64,000 bases of DNA from the human T2T-CHM13v2.0 reference genome, Homo sapiens: NCBI RefSeq assembly GCF_009914755.1, contig NC_060926.1. One strand, 5' to 3'. The notes under the pieces were generated by a model. The model saw only the letters and a program-made list of their open reading frames with translations, did not search any database and was not told the origin of the DNA. This document shows positions 1 through 12,558 of the stretch, piece by piece. Numbering within the stretch: position 1 is the first letter of the stretch; each line of letters opens with the position of its first letter. Position numbers and translations under genes: made by a program.

Positions 1-29
1 CAATCTTCCAATAACTAACACCACTTCCA

Positions 30-470
30 GAGCAGTGGTTTTCAATTCTGGTTGCGTATTAGAAGAACCAGGGGAGAAGCGAGGCACTGTGGCTCACACC
101 TGTAATCCTAGCACTTACGGAGGCCAAGGCCGGTGGAATGCTTAAGCCCAGGAGTTTGAGACCCACCTAAGCAACATGGTGAAACCCCATCTTTAAGAAA
201 AAAATACAAAAATTAGCTGGGTGTGGTGACATGTGCCTGTAGTCCCAGCTACTCAGGAGGCAGAGGCAGGAGGATCACCTGAGCCCAGGAAGTCAAGGCA
301 GCGATCATGCCACTGCACTCCAGCCTGGGTGACAGATGCTGTCTCAGAAATCACCAGGTGAAATTTTTACATTAATACCCAGGCTTCACCCTCAGTGATT
401 CTTTCATTTGAATGTCTTTAAGCACCCTGGGTGATTTTAGTCTGCAACTAGCAATCAGAACCACTACCCT
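30..470. mobile_element. MER5-type hAT element remnants interrupted by an Alu (about 78-349)
   Basis: cagtggttttcaa… and …gggtgattttagt…agaaccact termini. Confidence 0.55.
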
Positions 471-719
471 AGAGTAAAAGCTTTCCCTAGTATGGTCTCA
501 TTCATCCATTTTACGGTAAGTCCGTAAATGCGTTTGGCTAGAATTTGCCCCCGAGCTTCACAAAGCACTTCAAGGAAAGAGTCCTGGATAAGTCAGGCTT
601 CCCAGACCAAAAGTCTATCTTGGTAAGGCCCTGGCAACTCTACAAATAATCTTGGTACCCAAGATCTCCAGAGATAAAATTGTTTTGAAAGTTGTAAAGT
701 TGAAGACACATATCTAAAC

Positions 720-965
720 CAGGGGCTGGCAAATATTGTCTGTAAAATGAAAAGGAGAGTAGATTTTACAGGCTTTGTTGGACTTTGTCACAACCACTCA
801 ACTCCACTACTGTTAGCACAAAAACAGTGACAGCCCATAAGCAAACAAGTCATAGCTGTTTCCATAAAACTTTATAAACACTACAATTTAAATTTCACAC
901 AACTTACATATGTCATAAAATGTTACAATTTTTATTCTTTTTCAACCACTTCAAAATGTAAAACA
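720..965 (+). mobile_element. MER58-like DNA transposon
   Basis: caggggctggcaaa…tctgtaaa…gctgtttccataaaacttta. Confidence 0.6.
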
Positions 966-1568
<603 letters not shown>

Positions 1569-2384
1569 TCAACTTGAGATTGGTAAAAATCAAGTTTGAT
1601 AGCCCATCAGGTAGGAACTGATACAAAGAAACAGGTACTCCTATACACTGCCATGAAGGCAAACCAACAGTACCCAGCAAAAATTATAATGCACATACCC
1701 TTTGACTCAGCAATTTCCGAGGATGATCTAGGTAAGCATGTTCACCTATCAATGATGTACTGTACTGTACATCACCTGTCAATGACGTACAGTACAGTAC
1801 ATTCACTGCAACACTAATTTTTTTTTTTTGAGACAGAGTCTTTCTGTCGCCCAGGCTGGAGTACAGTGGCGCAATCTCAGCTCACTGCAACCTCTATTCA
1901 ATCAGGTTCAAGTGATTCTCCCGCCTCAGACTCCCAAGTAGCTGGGGGATTACAGGCGCGAGCCACCGCACCAAGCAAAAAAATTTTAAAAATTAAAAAT
2001 AAAAACTGACTGATTACTCATCAGTGCTAGGCTAGTTTAGAAGGAATGAGTCTGGAGCAGCACTTCCAATCAGTGACAATCAATTTGGCAATCCCAATCA
2101 CAGAAAACAAGTGGGGGGATGCACCAAAGCTTATTTTGAAATGCATCTATCAGTAACGGGTGCCAAGTTGCACATGACCTAAGAGGTATTGGCCCAAACA
2201 GCCCTTTTCCCCACAAGGCTGGAATTTGTTTAAAACCATTTTTGCCCCTACCCCTCCTCCACACCTTTTTATCCTTTCTATACTCATTTCTAGGACGCTA
2301 CTAGCTGCCCATCCTAAAGCTACAGGATTAATGCCTCCTACTTTTGGCTGAGAGCTCCCACTTCCAAAAATTAAGTATCAGGAT

Positions 2385-3919
2385 TATTTGTTCAATCTCT
2401 GCAGATTTATTGTTGAGTAAACTTATCTTTAAATAATACAGAACAATTAAAGCTAACCAAGTGCAACAGATAAATAAGCCTGCCAGTTATACACATAACT
2501 TTATACCAACCATAATTCAGCCAGTCAAAATTCCAAAAACAATCCAAATAACTTCCAACATACTAGCGGTCAAACTACCGAATAAACTTGATGCAGACCA
2601 GTATTCCCAAGTTGCAATAGTATCCAATGACTTTGCTGAAATGCATAAAATGGACAAGCCTAGGTATCTGCGCAACCAGCAGGTTTTTTTTTTTTTGTAC
2701 CAAGGCTAGAGAATGCCTGGTAAAAGCTTGACCAGAAAACTCTCAAAAGTAACTGTTACTGCCCTACTATTCTTAAGATACTTAAAATTTGAATAAAGAA
2801 CCTACTGGCTATGTAACATTCTAAGGTCTACCAGATGCTACCAAAAAATATTAGCTACATGGAGTGTTGCTAAATATAGCTGAGATTTACAAAACCACTT
2901 TAGTCTCATTGACATTTCTGATTGACATCTTTAATTACTTTGCACCAGCCTGGCAAAATAGAAGAATGTTGTGGTTGGGAACTGCAAAACCTAGCTTGAA
3001 GATTAACAACAGGTCTTTGCTCAGAATAAGACAATCCATTTGAATAGATGAAGAGTATCTGGGCTGGAAAATTTTGCAAAGCTGGTTTACATGAAGGTGT
3101 TTTGTCCCAATTTCAGACAATTCCTCAAACATGCATTTTTTGGTATAAAACTGGTTAACTAATGTAGAAAGCAAAGAAACAAGACCATTGAGAGTAGAAC
3201 TCCCCATATCTTGGGGAGTCCTAATTAACACTATGCCACCTAGTAGCCTGAAAGCTGCAATTAGTATAAAGATCATCCAGAAATCAGTTTCTATTTCTCA
3301 TACATTTAATCAGTTTCGTTTAGTTCCTGTCATGCTCATTTAGACACATCAGTGGTCCTACTTGCTTCACCACTGATCATACAATACCTACTAACACCAA
3401 CTTCAAACGGATTAGCTAACTTAAGGATCTGTCATGATGCATTCAGGCTGTATCATAAGGGACTCAGGTCATCTTACCCAGAGCTACAAGGGTAAGATGG
3501 AATTTTCAAAGTCCCTTAAGATCCTGGCCAAGTTTTATGCATAGAATAGTGATGTTCAAGACTTAACCAACACCTTTCAATTCTGAATGTAGGTATGTAT
3601 GAATAAGGTTAACAATTATAATGTCTGACTCTCAAATATATCAAATTAAGAAGTGTTAATATTGAACACAAATCAAAAATCTAGTTAGAAACATTTTATT
3701 TAAATGTGCCAAATAAAAACCCACATTTTCAGACCATATGATGTTAATACATTCAACAAAATTTATATTATCTTACTGCTGTGAATTTACATAGTAATCC
3801 AGATCCATTTTGATTAGATGGTTGAATTATCTTTCCTAGGTTACACTTTACAGACATCACAAATCCCTTATAATAATGTAAACAAAATAACTTTTCCCTA
3901 AAGGGTGAACTTGAGAGCT
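2385..3919 (-). other. SRSF7: SRSF7 3'UTR with proximal (3695-3700) and distal (2406-2411) AATAAA signals
   Basis: Two minus-strand AATAAA hexamers in repeat-free sequence; distal end is approximate. Confidence 0.75.
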
Positions 3920-3974
3920 TCAGTCCATTCTTTCAGGACTTGCACTTCTGCGAGGACTTCCTGATGGGGAACGA
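3920..3974 (-). CDS. SRSF7: SRSF7 exon 8 coding part (…SASPERMD*)
   Basis: tttag| acceptor; TGA at 3922-3920. Confidence 0.97.
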
Positions 3975-4157
3975 CTAAAAAGAAAAACATTAGGTTTGGA
4001 TCCAATTAGTGTCAATTGAAACTCTCATGTACATGTACTAACTTTCAATAACTTCAAAGGTGGCCTAAGGTACTAATTTCCTATAGCAAAGACCTAAAAA
4101 TGACATGAAACTTACATATATTCATCTTTTGTCCCTGGCTTAAGATTAGGCTACCCT

Positions 4158-4458
4158 GGCCAGGCACGGTGGCTCACGCCTGTAACCCCAGCACTTTGGG
4201 AGAGGCCGAGGCAGGTGATCACCTAAGATCAGGAGTTTAAGACCAACCTCGCCAACATGGTGAAACTCCGTCTCTACTAGAAATACAAAAAATTAGCCAG
4301 GCTTGGCGGTGGGTGCCTGTAATCCCAACTGCTCAAGAGGCTGAGACAGGATAATTGCTTGAACCCGGGAATCGGAGGCTGCAGTGAGCCAAGATTGAGC
4401 CACTGCACTCCAAGCCTGGGGACAGAGCGAAAACTCCATCCCAGAAAAAAAAAAAAAT
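4158..4458 (+). mobile_element. AluS in SRSF7 intron 7
   Basis: TSD attaggctaccct / attaggctatcct. Confidence 0.93.
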
Positions 4459-4930
4459 TAGGCTATCCTCCTTGTCAAAATTGCAAGGTCAACCTGCAGT
4501 TAAATATGACAACTATTTGAAGTCTTCTGGTCATTAAGAAGCACTAGATAAATATGACAACTATTTGAAGTTTTCTGGTCATAAAGAAGCACTAGGCAGG
4601 TAACTATTTCCAAGACTTTTCTCCACACTTTGTATCTATTGTACATGTGGGGAAAAGGCATCTATCTTACCAAAATTTCTACCAAGTACTCACAGGACCA
4701 ATCACATCTTAATAATCACCCTAACATTTTATGACTAAGTATTTCCAGCAAAAGTATAAACTAATGTTACTGAATCAAAAAAAAAAAGTATTTCAGAAAC
4801 TTAGCATAGTATTTTAATCTATATAGCACCAATTCTCCAAAGAGCTCAAAGACTGCAAAGCAGTAAGCAAACAAATTCTGCAGAGGCCACACTTGACAGG
4901 CAAGATTTGGCAACAAAACATTTAGCTTAC

Positions 4931-4966
4931 CTTCTTTTTGGAGATGGAGATCTGGACTTTGATCGG
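4931..4966 (-). CDS. SRSF7: SRSF7 exon 7 (36 nt, frame-preserving)
   Basis: RSKSRSPSPKR; acag| and |gtaagc. Confidence 0.95.
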
Positions 4967-5480
4967 CTGTCAAAACATGAGAAATTCTATTAAAGAAAGA
5001 GTATTAACCAATCCCTTTCTTGTAGTCACCAATACCGTAAAACCCCCAAATGTCCTAAGCTTAAAATGTCAGACTGCACTTAAACTGAAAAACATCCTAC
5101 CAGTTGTTGCTAACAAAAGCCAATCTTTCAACAACTGTTTTTCAAAAAATGACTCAATTACTACATCATGATTAATCTTTTACATTCTGCTTTAAGCACA
5201 TCGATTTCAGGATGCTTCTCCATGCACCTATCAGTTCTAACAAGGGCCTCTTTAATATAATCCCCCAAGTCATAAGCTTCTTTCTCACTATAGTTTTACA
5301 TTCCCTTGTTCAGGGAAAGTCAGCCAGTAATAAATAGGACATACACAAATAAGGTACTGTGTTCCCACTAAAACCTAAGTTTAGAGTTAACACTTAAAAT
5401 TTCAACAATTAAAAACACTTTGAACTCTTTGGATATTGGTGCCATATAACTAGAAAAGCATAATCAAATTTTTACCCTAC

Positions 5481-5534
5481 CTGCTTCTTGGTCGTGAAAT
5501 AGACCTGGATCTTGATCTTGACCTCGACGGGGAT
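5481..5534 (-). CDS. SRSF7: SRSF7 exon 6
   Basis: SPSRSRSRSRSISRPRS; AG/GT boundaries; 54 nt. Confidence 0.96.
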
Positions 5535-6833
5535 CTTAATAAAAAAAGTGAAAAACACAATTATATCAATCAGTCCAAAGGAATTTCCTTAACTACTCAA
5601 CACTGTATTAGGTTGGTCAGGCATAAAGAAGCTAAAACTAAACAAGATGCAACACTTGCCTTATTCTGTCTAACACACTGTCAAACAAAGTGTTACCAGA
5701 CATAAGGAACCCCCATTTCAATTACTTGTTTCTATCACTCAATTGGTTAGTTTCTGTACAGGTATAACATTCTCAAACACTGTGTAATATCCAAGGGAAA
5801 TACATGGTTTTCATTTGATGAGACTGGTATGAAGGAAGCAAAACTAACCTCACTTAAGGCACAGATCCCTCAGCTGGGCACTGTGGTACACAATGGCAGT
5901 CCCAGCTACTCAGGAGGCTAAGGCAGGATGAAAATAACCAGACCCCTGAACTGAGACTAATTCAGGTGATAAGGCCAGACGAAAAGAAAGCCGCCCCCCA
6001 TTTGTAAGGCTTTATTCCTGGATCAAGTTATGTTTGAGAGCCATCAATCTGTCAGACAAACCAAATCAGACTGACATATCTATCTTTTAAATTTATCTAA
6101 AGAGATGGTTCATAGCTTTCTCAAATAGACCACAAGATTCAGAATTCCTGCATTTAAAGGTTTTGTGCTATTAAACAGCAATTTAACTCCCAGTAGCATT
6201 CCGTACCACGGTTTTATCGTTGGTACAGATAACAATATTGTTAATTACATGTTGCAATACTTATTTTACAATTTTTTCCATTCTATCTCCTTTTAAGGCC
6301 TTCTACAAATAGTAAAGCTCTGGTTCTTTAGTTTTTTCAGGTCTGAAACGGTCTAAAAAAAAAAATCCACATTCATTTCTGTGTACACACTACTGCCCTA
6401 GTCAACTTTCCAGTGTCTCAAATCAACCCCATCATTCCAAAAATGAGAAATGTTTCTACTTGCTTCTGATCTCTTTTCCTGGTGCTAATAGGCCTTTTTG
6501 TCGGGAAAATCAATTACCATCTTTCAGAGCTAGTATCATCCAATCTGAAGCCAGAAAAGTTTATAGCAACATGCCTACCCAGAGTGTTGAGTAGAACTGT
6601 ATTGCTTGGGACCCTTGTCTACCACACGGCCTAACAAGCCTTAAAATCTCTAGTAGCCCTTTTCTTCATCTGTAAAACTAGGTTAATATTTATGTTACAA
6701 GTTACACATAAATTCCAAACTTTTACATCTCAAATATTCCCTGAAGCAATCCATTTGAATTATGTCCTTAAGACACTCTACTGATAAGATGTGAACAATC
6801 CAAACACAAGTAAGGAAAAAAAGTGTTACATAC

Positions 6834-6944
6834 TGGAAATACCTCGATCCTTTTATAGAACCAGACCTAGATCTTCTGAGTGAAGCTGATCTTGATCTAC
6901 GAAGAGAGATAGATCTTGATCGTCGAGGAGATGCTGACCTTGAC
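6834..6944 (-). CDS. SRSF7: SRSF7 exon 5 (RS domain; alternative donor at 6843)
   Basis: [11 protein letters not shown]...GSIKGSRYF; donor CA|gtatgt; 111 nt. Confidence 0.95.
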
Positions 6945-7009
6945 CTAAAATAAAGAACTTTAAGTCCATCTCCACAGTTTTTTTTTTTTTTGGCCTGTTA
7001 AGACTTCAA

Positions 7010-7290
7010 CTGGGGAACGGTGCAGTGGCTCATGCCCATAATCCCAGCACTGCGGGAGGATCGTTTGAGCCCAGGAGCTTGAGACCAGCCTGGGAAACAG
7101 TGCAAGACCATTTCTACAAAAATAAAAATTAGCTGGGTATGGTGGCAGTGCCTACAGTCCCAGCTACTCGGGAGGCTGAGGTAGGAGAACTGCTTAAACC
7201 CAAGAGATCATCAAGGCAGCAGTGAGTCGTGGTTATGCCCCTGTACTCCAGCCCGGGTGACAGAGCAAGACCCTGTCTCCAAAAAAAATA
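7010..7290 (+). mobile_element. Old (AluJ-like) Alu in SRSF7 intron 4
   Basis: Diverged Alu dimer. Confidence 0.85.
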
Positions 7291-7365
7291 ATGAGCTTTT
7301 TCTGTGTTGGACTACCAGTGAATTTAATAATAATACAGAAAGACTTCAGTTAAACAAGATCTCAC

Positions 7366-7440
7366 CTTCGTCCCCTGCTCCTGCTGCGTGAGCGAGAGTA
7401 TCGCCTTCCTCTGGATCGAGAATGTGATCTAGACCGTGAC
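7366..7440 (-). CDS. SRSF7: SRSF7 exon 4 (RS domain)
   Basis: SRSRSHSRSRGRRYSRSRSRSRGR; AG/GT boundaries; 75 nt. Confidence 0.97.
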
Positions 7441-7684
7441 CTATTTTTCAAGTTAGAGAAAAAACAAAATGTCAGACAATAACTCGTTTTTAAGAGTTTG
7501 TGTGCCTCTGCTGAAATCAAATCTCAAAACTATTTAAATTTAGTGTCTCATTTGGAAATAAACTCTGGGCCTATTAGTTGTTGAGTATTTTTTTTTTTAC
7601 TACCTAAAAAAAGATTTGTTAAAAGCTGAATTACAACTTAGCATTACATAATATAAAACACTGTAATGTGTATTTAAAATAAAC

Positions 7685-8133
7685 CTTGCAAGTTTGCAGG
7701 TCGACCCTCTTTGGCCCATGGTCTAGTAGATCTAGACGATCTAGAAGTATCTATAGCCGATCGCTGCATCTAGATGTTTTCTTCAATCTAACGACGATCA
7801 AACTGACAGCCAAATGAGCCAGGTGAGGCTTGATTGACGCAAGAAGATTTTTCTAGTTGGGAATGTGGTCAATCTGGTGTTCCTCTTTCTAAACCGGAGG
7901 GGGGCCCCAATTGTAAGCCAAATTTACTGTTACGGCGATCACCGTCTCAAATTTTCTGCCCTTTAAAGAATAAGGTGAAGCTAGGTGTAGATGACTCGAG
8001 GGGATCTGGCCTCTTATGCTGATCACCTCAAGGTCTAGGAGGATCTTAATTGTCGGATTTGCAAGGCGCCTCAGCATGATATCATAAGGCTCGTGACATT
8101 CTGAATCAAGGCGACTGACTCAAACGAAGAAAC
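7685..8133 (-). other. SRSF7: SRSF7 intron-3 poison cassette exon (alternative internal acceptor at 7960)
   Basis: ctttcag| acceptor gives RFLRLSQSP* (TGA 8108-8106); ttaaag| acceptor gives RAENLRR* (7941-7939); candidate donor GCAAG|gtttat. Poison exons are an established feature of SR genes. Confidence 0.8.
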
Positions 8134-8315
8134 CTGAAAGGTTTTGACCAGGTTGATTATTAATATAGTAACATTTTTTTAATTAAACAAAAATTGTAAA
8201 ATACACCTGTACAATTAACATTCAAGTTTATAGAAAAACACTAGTTTCTGCCTTGCTAATAAAAGAATTACTTGATTAACTAGAATACCAACCATTCCTT
8301 TATTAAAATAAATAC

Positions 8316-8492
8316 CTGCTTCTTCTTCGCCGGCTGTAACGATGACAATCATAAGCATAATGTCCCTTTTCGCCACACTCATAGCATCTATCATTTGGAT
8401 CAAAGGGACGTCGGGCAGGTGGTCTATCAAAACGTGATCTCCGAGGCATGCCTGTCGATAGTTCAACCCTCACTCGGGAGCCACAAATCACC
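8316..8492 (-). CDS. SRSF7: SRSF7 exon 3 (end of RRM, CCHC zinc knuckle [14 protein letters not shown])
   Basis: Matches ORF 8303..8491; ttag| acceptor, |gtattt donor; 177 nt. Confidence 0.98.
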
Positions 8493-8800
8493 CTAATAAA
8501 AGCAAATTAACAAAATTCTAAAGTTAAAAATATATTCAGGACTTATAGATTTAAAAAGAACTCTTTCCAACCACTCACTCTTTCCAACCACTCCTTCCCC
8601 CCCAACAAACTTTGGCGGTCTTTACCAAGCCCTAACTCCATCTCCGCTATCTTCTTTAACCTTCGTGTGCCTTTAGCATTTAACACTATGACCAGCTATT
8701 TAAGGTCTCTTCCAGACTTCAGAATCCAAATTTAGCACTAAGTTCATTATCTAGCCACAGTATATTTTAATGAACAGAAGATTCATAACATCTTACTTAC

Positions 8801-8981
8801 TTTCCATCCAGTCCTCGTACTGCATCTTCTGCATCTCTAGGATCTTCGAATTCCACAAAGGCAAATCCTGGAGGATTTCTCGCAATCCATACAGTTCTTA
8901 AAGGACCATAATAACTGAAAGCCCTTTCTAACTCTCCTTTGCCAGCGCCAGTTCCCAGGTTACCAACATACACCTTGGTTT
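8801..8981 (-). CDS. SRSF7: SRSF7 exon 2 (RRM: ETKVYVGNL...[11 protein letters not shown]...)
   Basis: RNP2/RNP1 motifs; acag| acceptor and |gtaagt donor; 181 nt. Confidence 0.98.
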
Positions 8982-9189
8982 CTGTTTAAAAACGCAAATA
9001 GAAGAATGCACGTTACGCAAAATCTGGCCCAAGTTTCAATTACTTATTTGCCTTAAAACGGGCCATCCTCAAGATTGGGTAAAGCACATTTAATGCCCTC
9101 TATCCAAGACAAAACTTAGTCGTAAAACTGGTGAAAGTCCGCAAATCCCTGAGAAACTAGACTTTTGACAAAATTCTTAACGTTCTAAA

Positions 9190-10330
9190 TAATGCGGGGT
9201 GACCCTCCCGAACACAAGCAGAAACGCGTGGTAGGATACACCGAGGCGTGGGGCGGAACCTGGCCCGGCCCCACCCATGAGTCCCGGCAGCCCCGGGCGC
9301 ACCGGGAGCGCGCGGGCCCGCAGCGGCAGCGGCGTCGGCGGCGGGAGGGCCTCGGTAGGGGCCGGGCCAGGAGAGCAGGGCTGCGCCGGCTCTCGTCCTC
9401 CGCGGCAAACGTCCCAGGCACAGGCTCGCCCAAGACTCCAGCTCCCCGCCCCAGAGCCATAAACCGCGCTGGAAATAACTAAAAAAAACCCAGCCGCCAG
9501 TCGCAGATTACGTCCCCATTCCCATTCCGCAATTTAACCGATTGTTTGACGAGAACATGCAGCTCACAGCTGCCAATTTCGTTCTATCTCAAACACAACC
9601 ACGATCTTACAGCTGCGGCCAGATCTGTCCGCTGAAGTGGCGGGAAAGCGCTGAGGAAATGCGCCACCACGGTCCTCAATGTGCGCAAAATGGCAGCCGC
9701 CGCCGAGGGCGGGGGGGGAGGGGGGCCGGCGGGCAGCTCCGAGAAAGGCAACGCGAAAACCGTCATCTCAACCCTGCTTTAGGCTGGATTGGGCCACAAA
9801 AATGCCCAAGAGTACGGAACTCGGCAGAGATGTACACCCGCCATCCCGTCTCCCTTCAGCACCCCGCCTCCGCTGCCTCCGGCTTCGTCTGGCGTGCTCC
9901 TAAGCCGCCATTACGCACGCGGAATAACCGTCTCCCAACCTCCGCGACAACCCTACGGCCTCGCAGTGCTCACTACACCCACACCAACGTCCCTCACCGG
10001 ACTCCAGCTTCTTACCTCCTCCGTACCGCCCGTAACGCGACATGATGACAGACCCGCGTGCTCGGCTCTTTAGCAAGCAGCGCCCAGGGCTCGAGTGACG
10101 CAAAAGCTGACACACACCTTCACCCGCCAAGAGTCCCGGCGGCACTACGAGGAAGAGCCCGGGTTCGCGTTTATATATGCGGCCGCTGCGCTTTGCGCAT
10201 GCGTCATCTCGTTGTTCTGCGCGGCACAAAGGAGCTGGGCGGAAACAGCCAAGAAACGACGCGGAAGGAACTGAAGAGACTAACACGCGGGTCATGGGCG
10301 GAGGGATACGTTTCTATGGGAACGCCACGA
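9190..10330. promoter_or_regulatory. SRSF7 CpG island and promoter
   Basis: High CpG density. TATATAAA on the minus strand at 10177-10170; NRF1-type TGCGCATGCG at 10194-10203; E2F-type GGCGGGAAA at about 9639-9647; YY1-type AAAATGGC at about 9687-9694. Confidence 0.85.
10016..10043 (-). CDS. SRSF7: SRSF7 coding exon 1 (MSRYGRYGG)
   Basis: ATG at 10043-10041 then donor G|GTAAG. The eight exons sum to 717 nt (238 aa + stop) with consistent phases. Confidence 0.98.
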
Positions 10331-11514
10331 TCTCTCCAGTAAACCTGAGGCCTTCCCCATGCTGTCCCGCCCCCTCCTCTCCCCGTTTTCTACACCCTCC
10401 TTGTCTTCTTTCCCGTCTCCCTACCCTCTGCCTCCTTTCGTTTTTCCCCAGGCTAGGGACCCTCAGCCTTAACAATCTTAGTACGGATGCATTAGACCGG
10501 CCTATGAAAGGCTGTACAATTTAACCGCTGATGTTGCAGCCGTCGCGCCCTTCTGCTGGGGGACCTGGCCTAGTCAGCTACTCTGATCTTTGGGGCTCAT
10601 CAGAGGTAATCGAAGGTTTGGCCATGGTGAAAAGTCCATGAACCCCGCCATTCTGAGTAGTGGTTTTTACACCATAGACCTTGACGCACCCTGGGACTGG
10701 TGGTAAAGCCTCCTGTCCTACACGCCCCCTCCAACTTCTTTTGAACCAGTCACCAGTTTGCACCACCACGGTCTGAGTTCTTGGAGTCTGAAAGACAAAG
10801 GAATAGAGCTGTGGGGTCCCGCTCCCCCCTCCCCCCTTTATATTGAAATTGTGACAAAACCCTGAATGTTTAAAGCATTTTGGCCAGTGACAATTTGGAA
10901 ATTATTTGCATCTGAAGCTCAAAGTAACTGATTTGCTTTTCCTAATGCTTTCTGCTTTGTAACACGTGTGATCCACCAATACTCCGATCCTGAGGACTGG
11001 GACTCCTAAGTCATCTTTGTGTATCTCCACTCAGTGGAAATAGCAGCCTTGCTGCTCAGCCACTCAACAGTACCAAATAAATGCAAAACTTCTTTACATT
11101 AGAATTGCTCTAGACACCAACTACAAATAGAGAAAAAGTTCTTTTTTGCTAGAAACATAGACATTACATCGTAAATTCTTGGAATACACAAAAGTTGGAA
11201 ATGTACATAAAAAAAGACATTTAGGTATTTGCATTTTTATCTTTTTCGTCTTTTGCAACTTCATTTGGTGAGTATAGGTGTGGAATGGAGAGTACAGGGA
11301 AAGCAGGCCTAGTTGGTGAATAAAGCATGGATTCTTTCCAGGTCATGCTATGATTTTATGCATATTTTTTACGTTGATTAAGTTATGGAGAGAATTAATC
11401 TCTCTCAGGAAGATCTCTAAGAAGAAAATAGAAGCTCTGTAGAGTATATGTGTTCTCCCTTAGTCTTGGTGATTTTTTTCTTAACAAGGTTCTTCTCAAA
11501 AGAAACAATAATTA

Positions 11515-12558
<1,044 letters not shown>

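Noticed and set aside
2935-3276. 113-aa minus-strand ORF in the SRSF7 3'UTR
   Set aside because: No recognisable homology or splice context; probably chance.
5870-5930. 7SL/BC200-like RNA gene in SRSF7 intron 5
   Set aside because: Only about 55 nt of degenerate Alu-monomer similarity, with no complete RNA gene structure.
9900-10295. 131-aa ORF giving an in-frame N-terminal extension of SRSF7
   Set aside because: Its ATG lies upstream of the TATA box and likely TSS, and the ORF runs on into intron 1. Open frames are expected in a CpG island.
9157-10524. Multiple overlapping Arg/Pro/Gly-rich ORFs on both strands
   Set aside because: Stop-codon depletion in GC-rich sequence; no recognisable protein.
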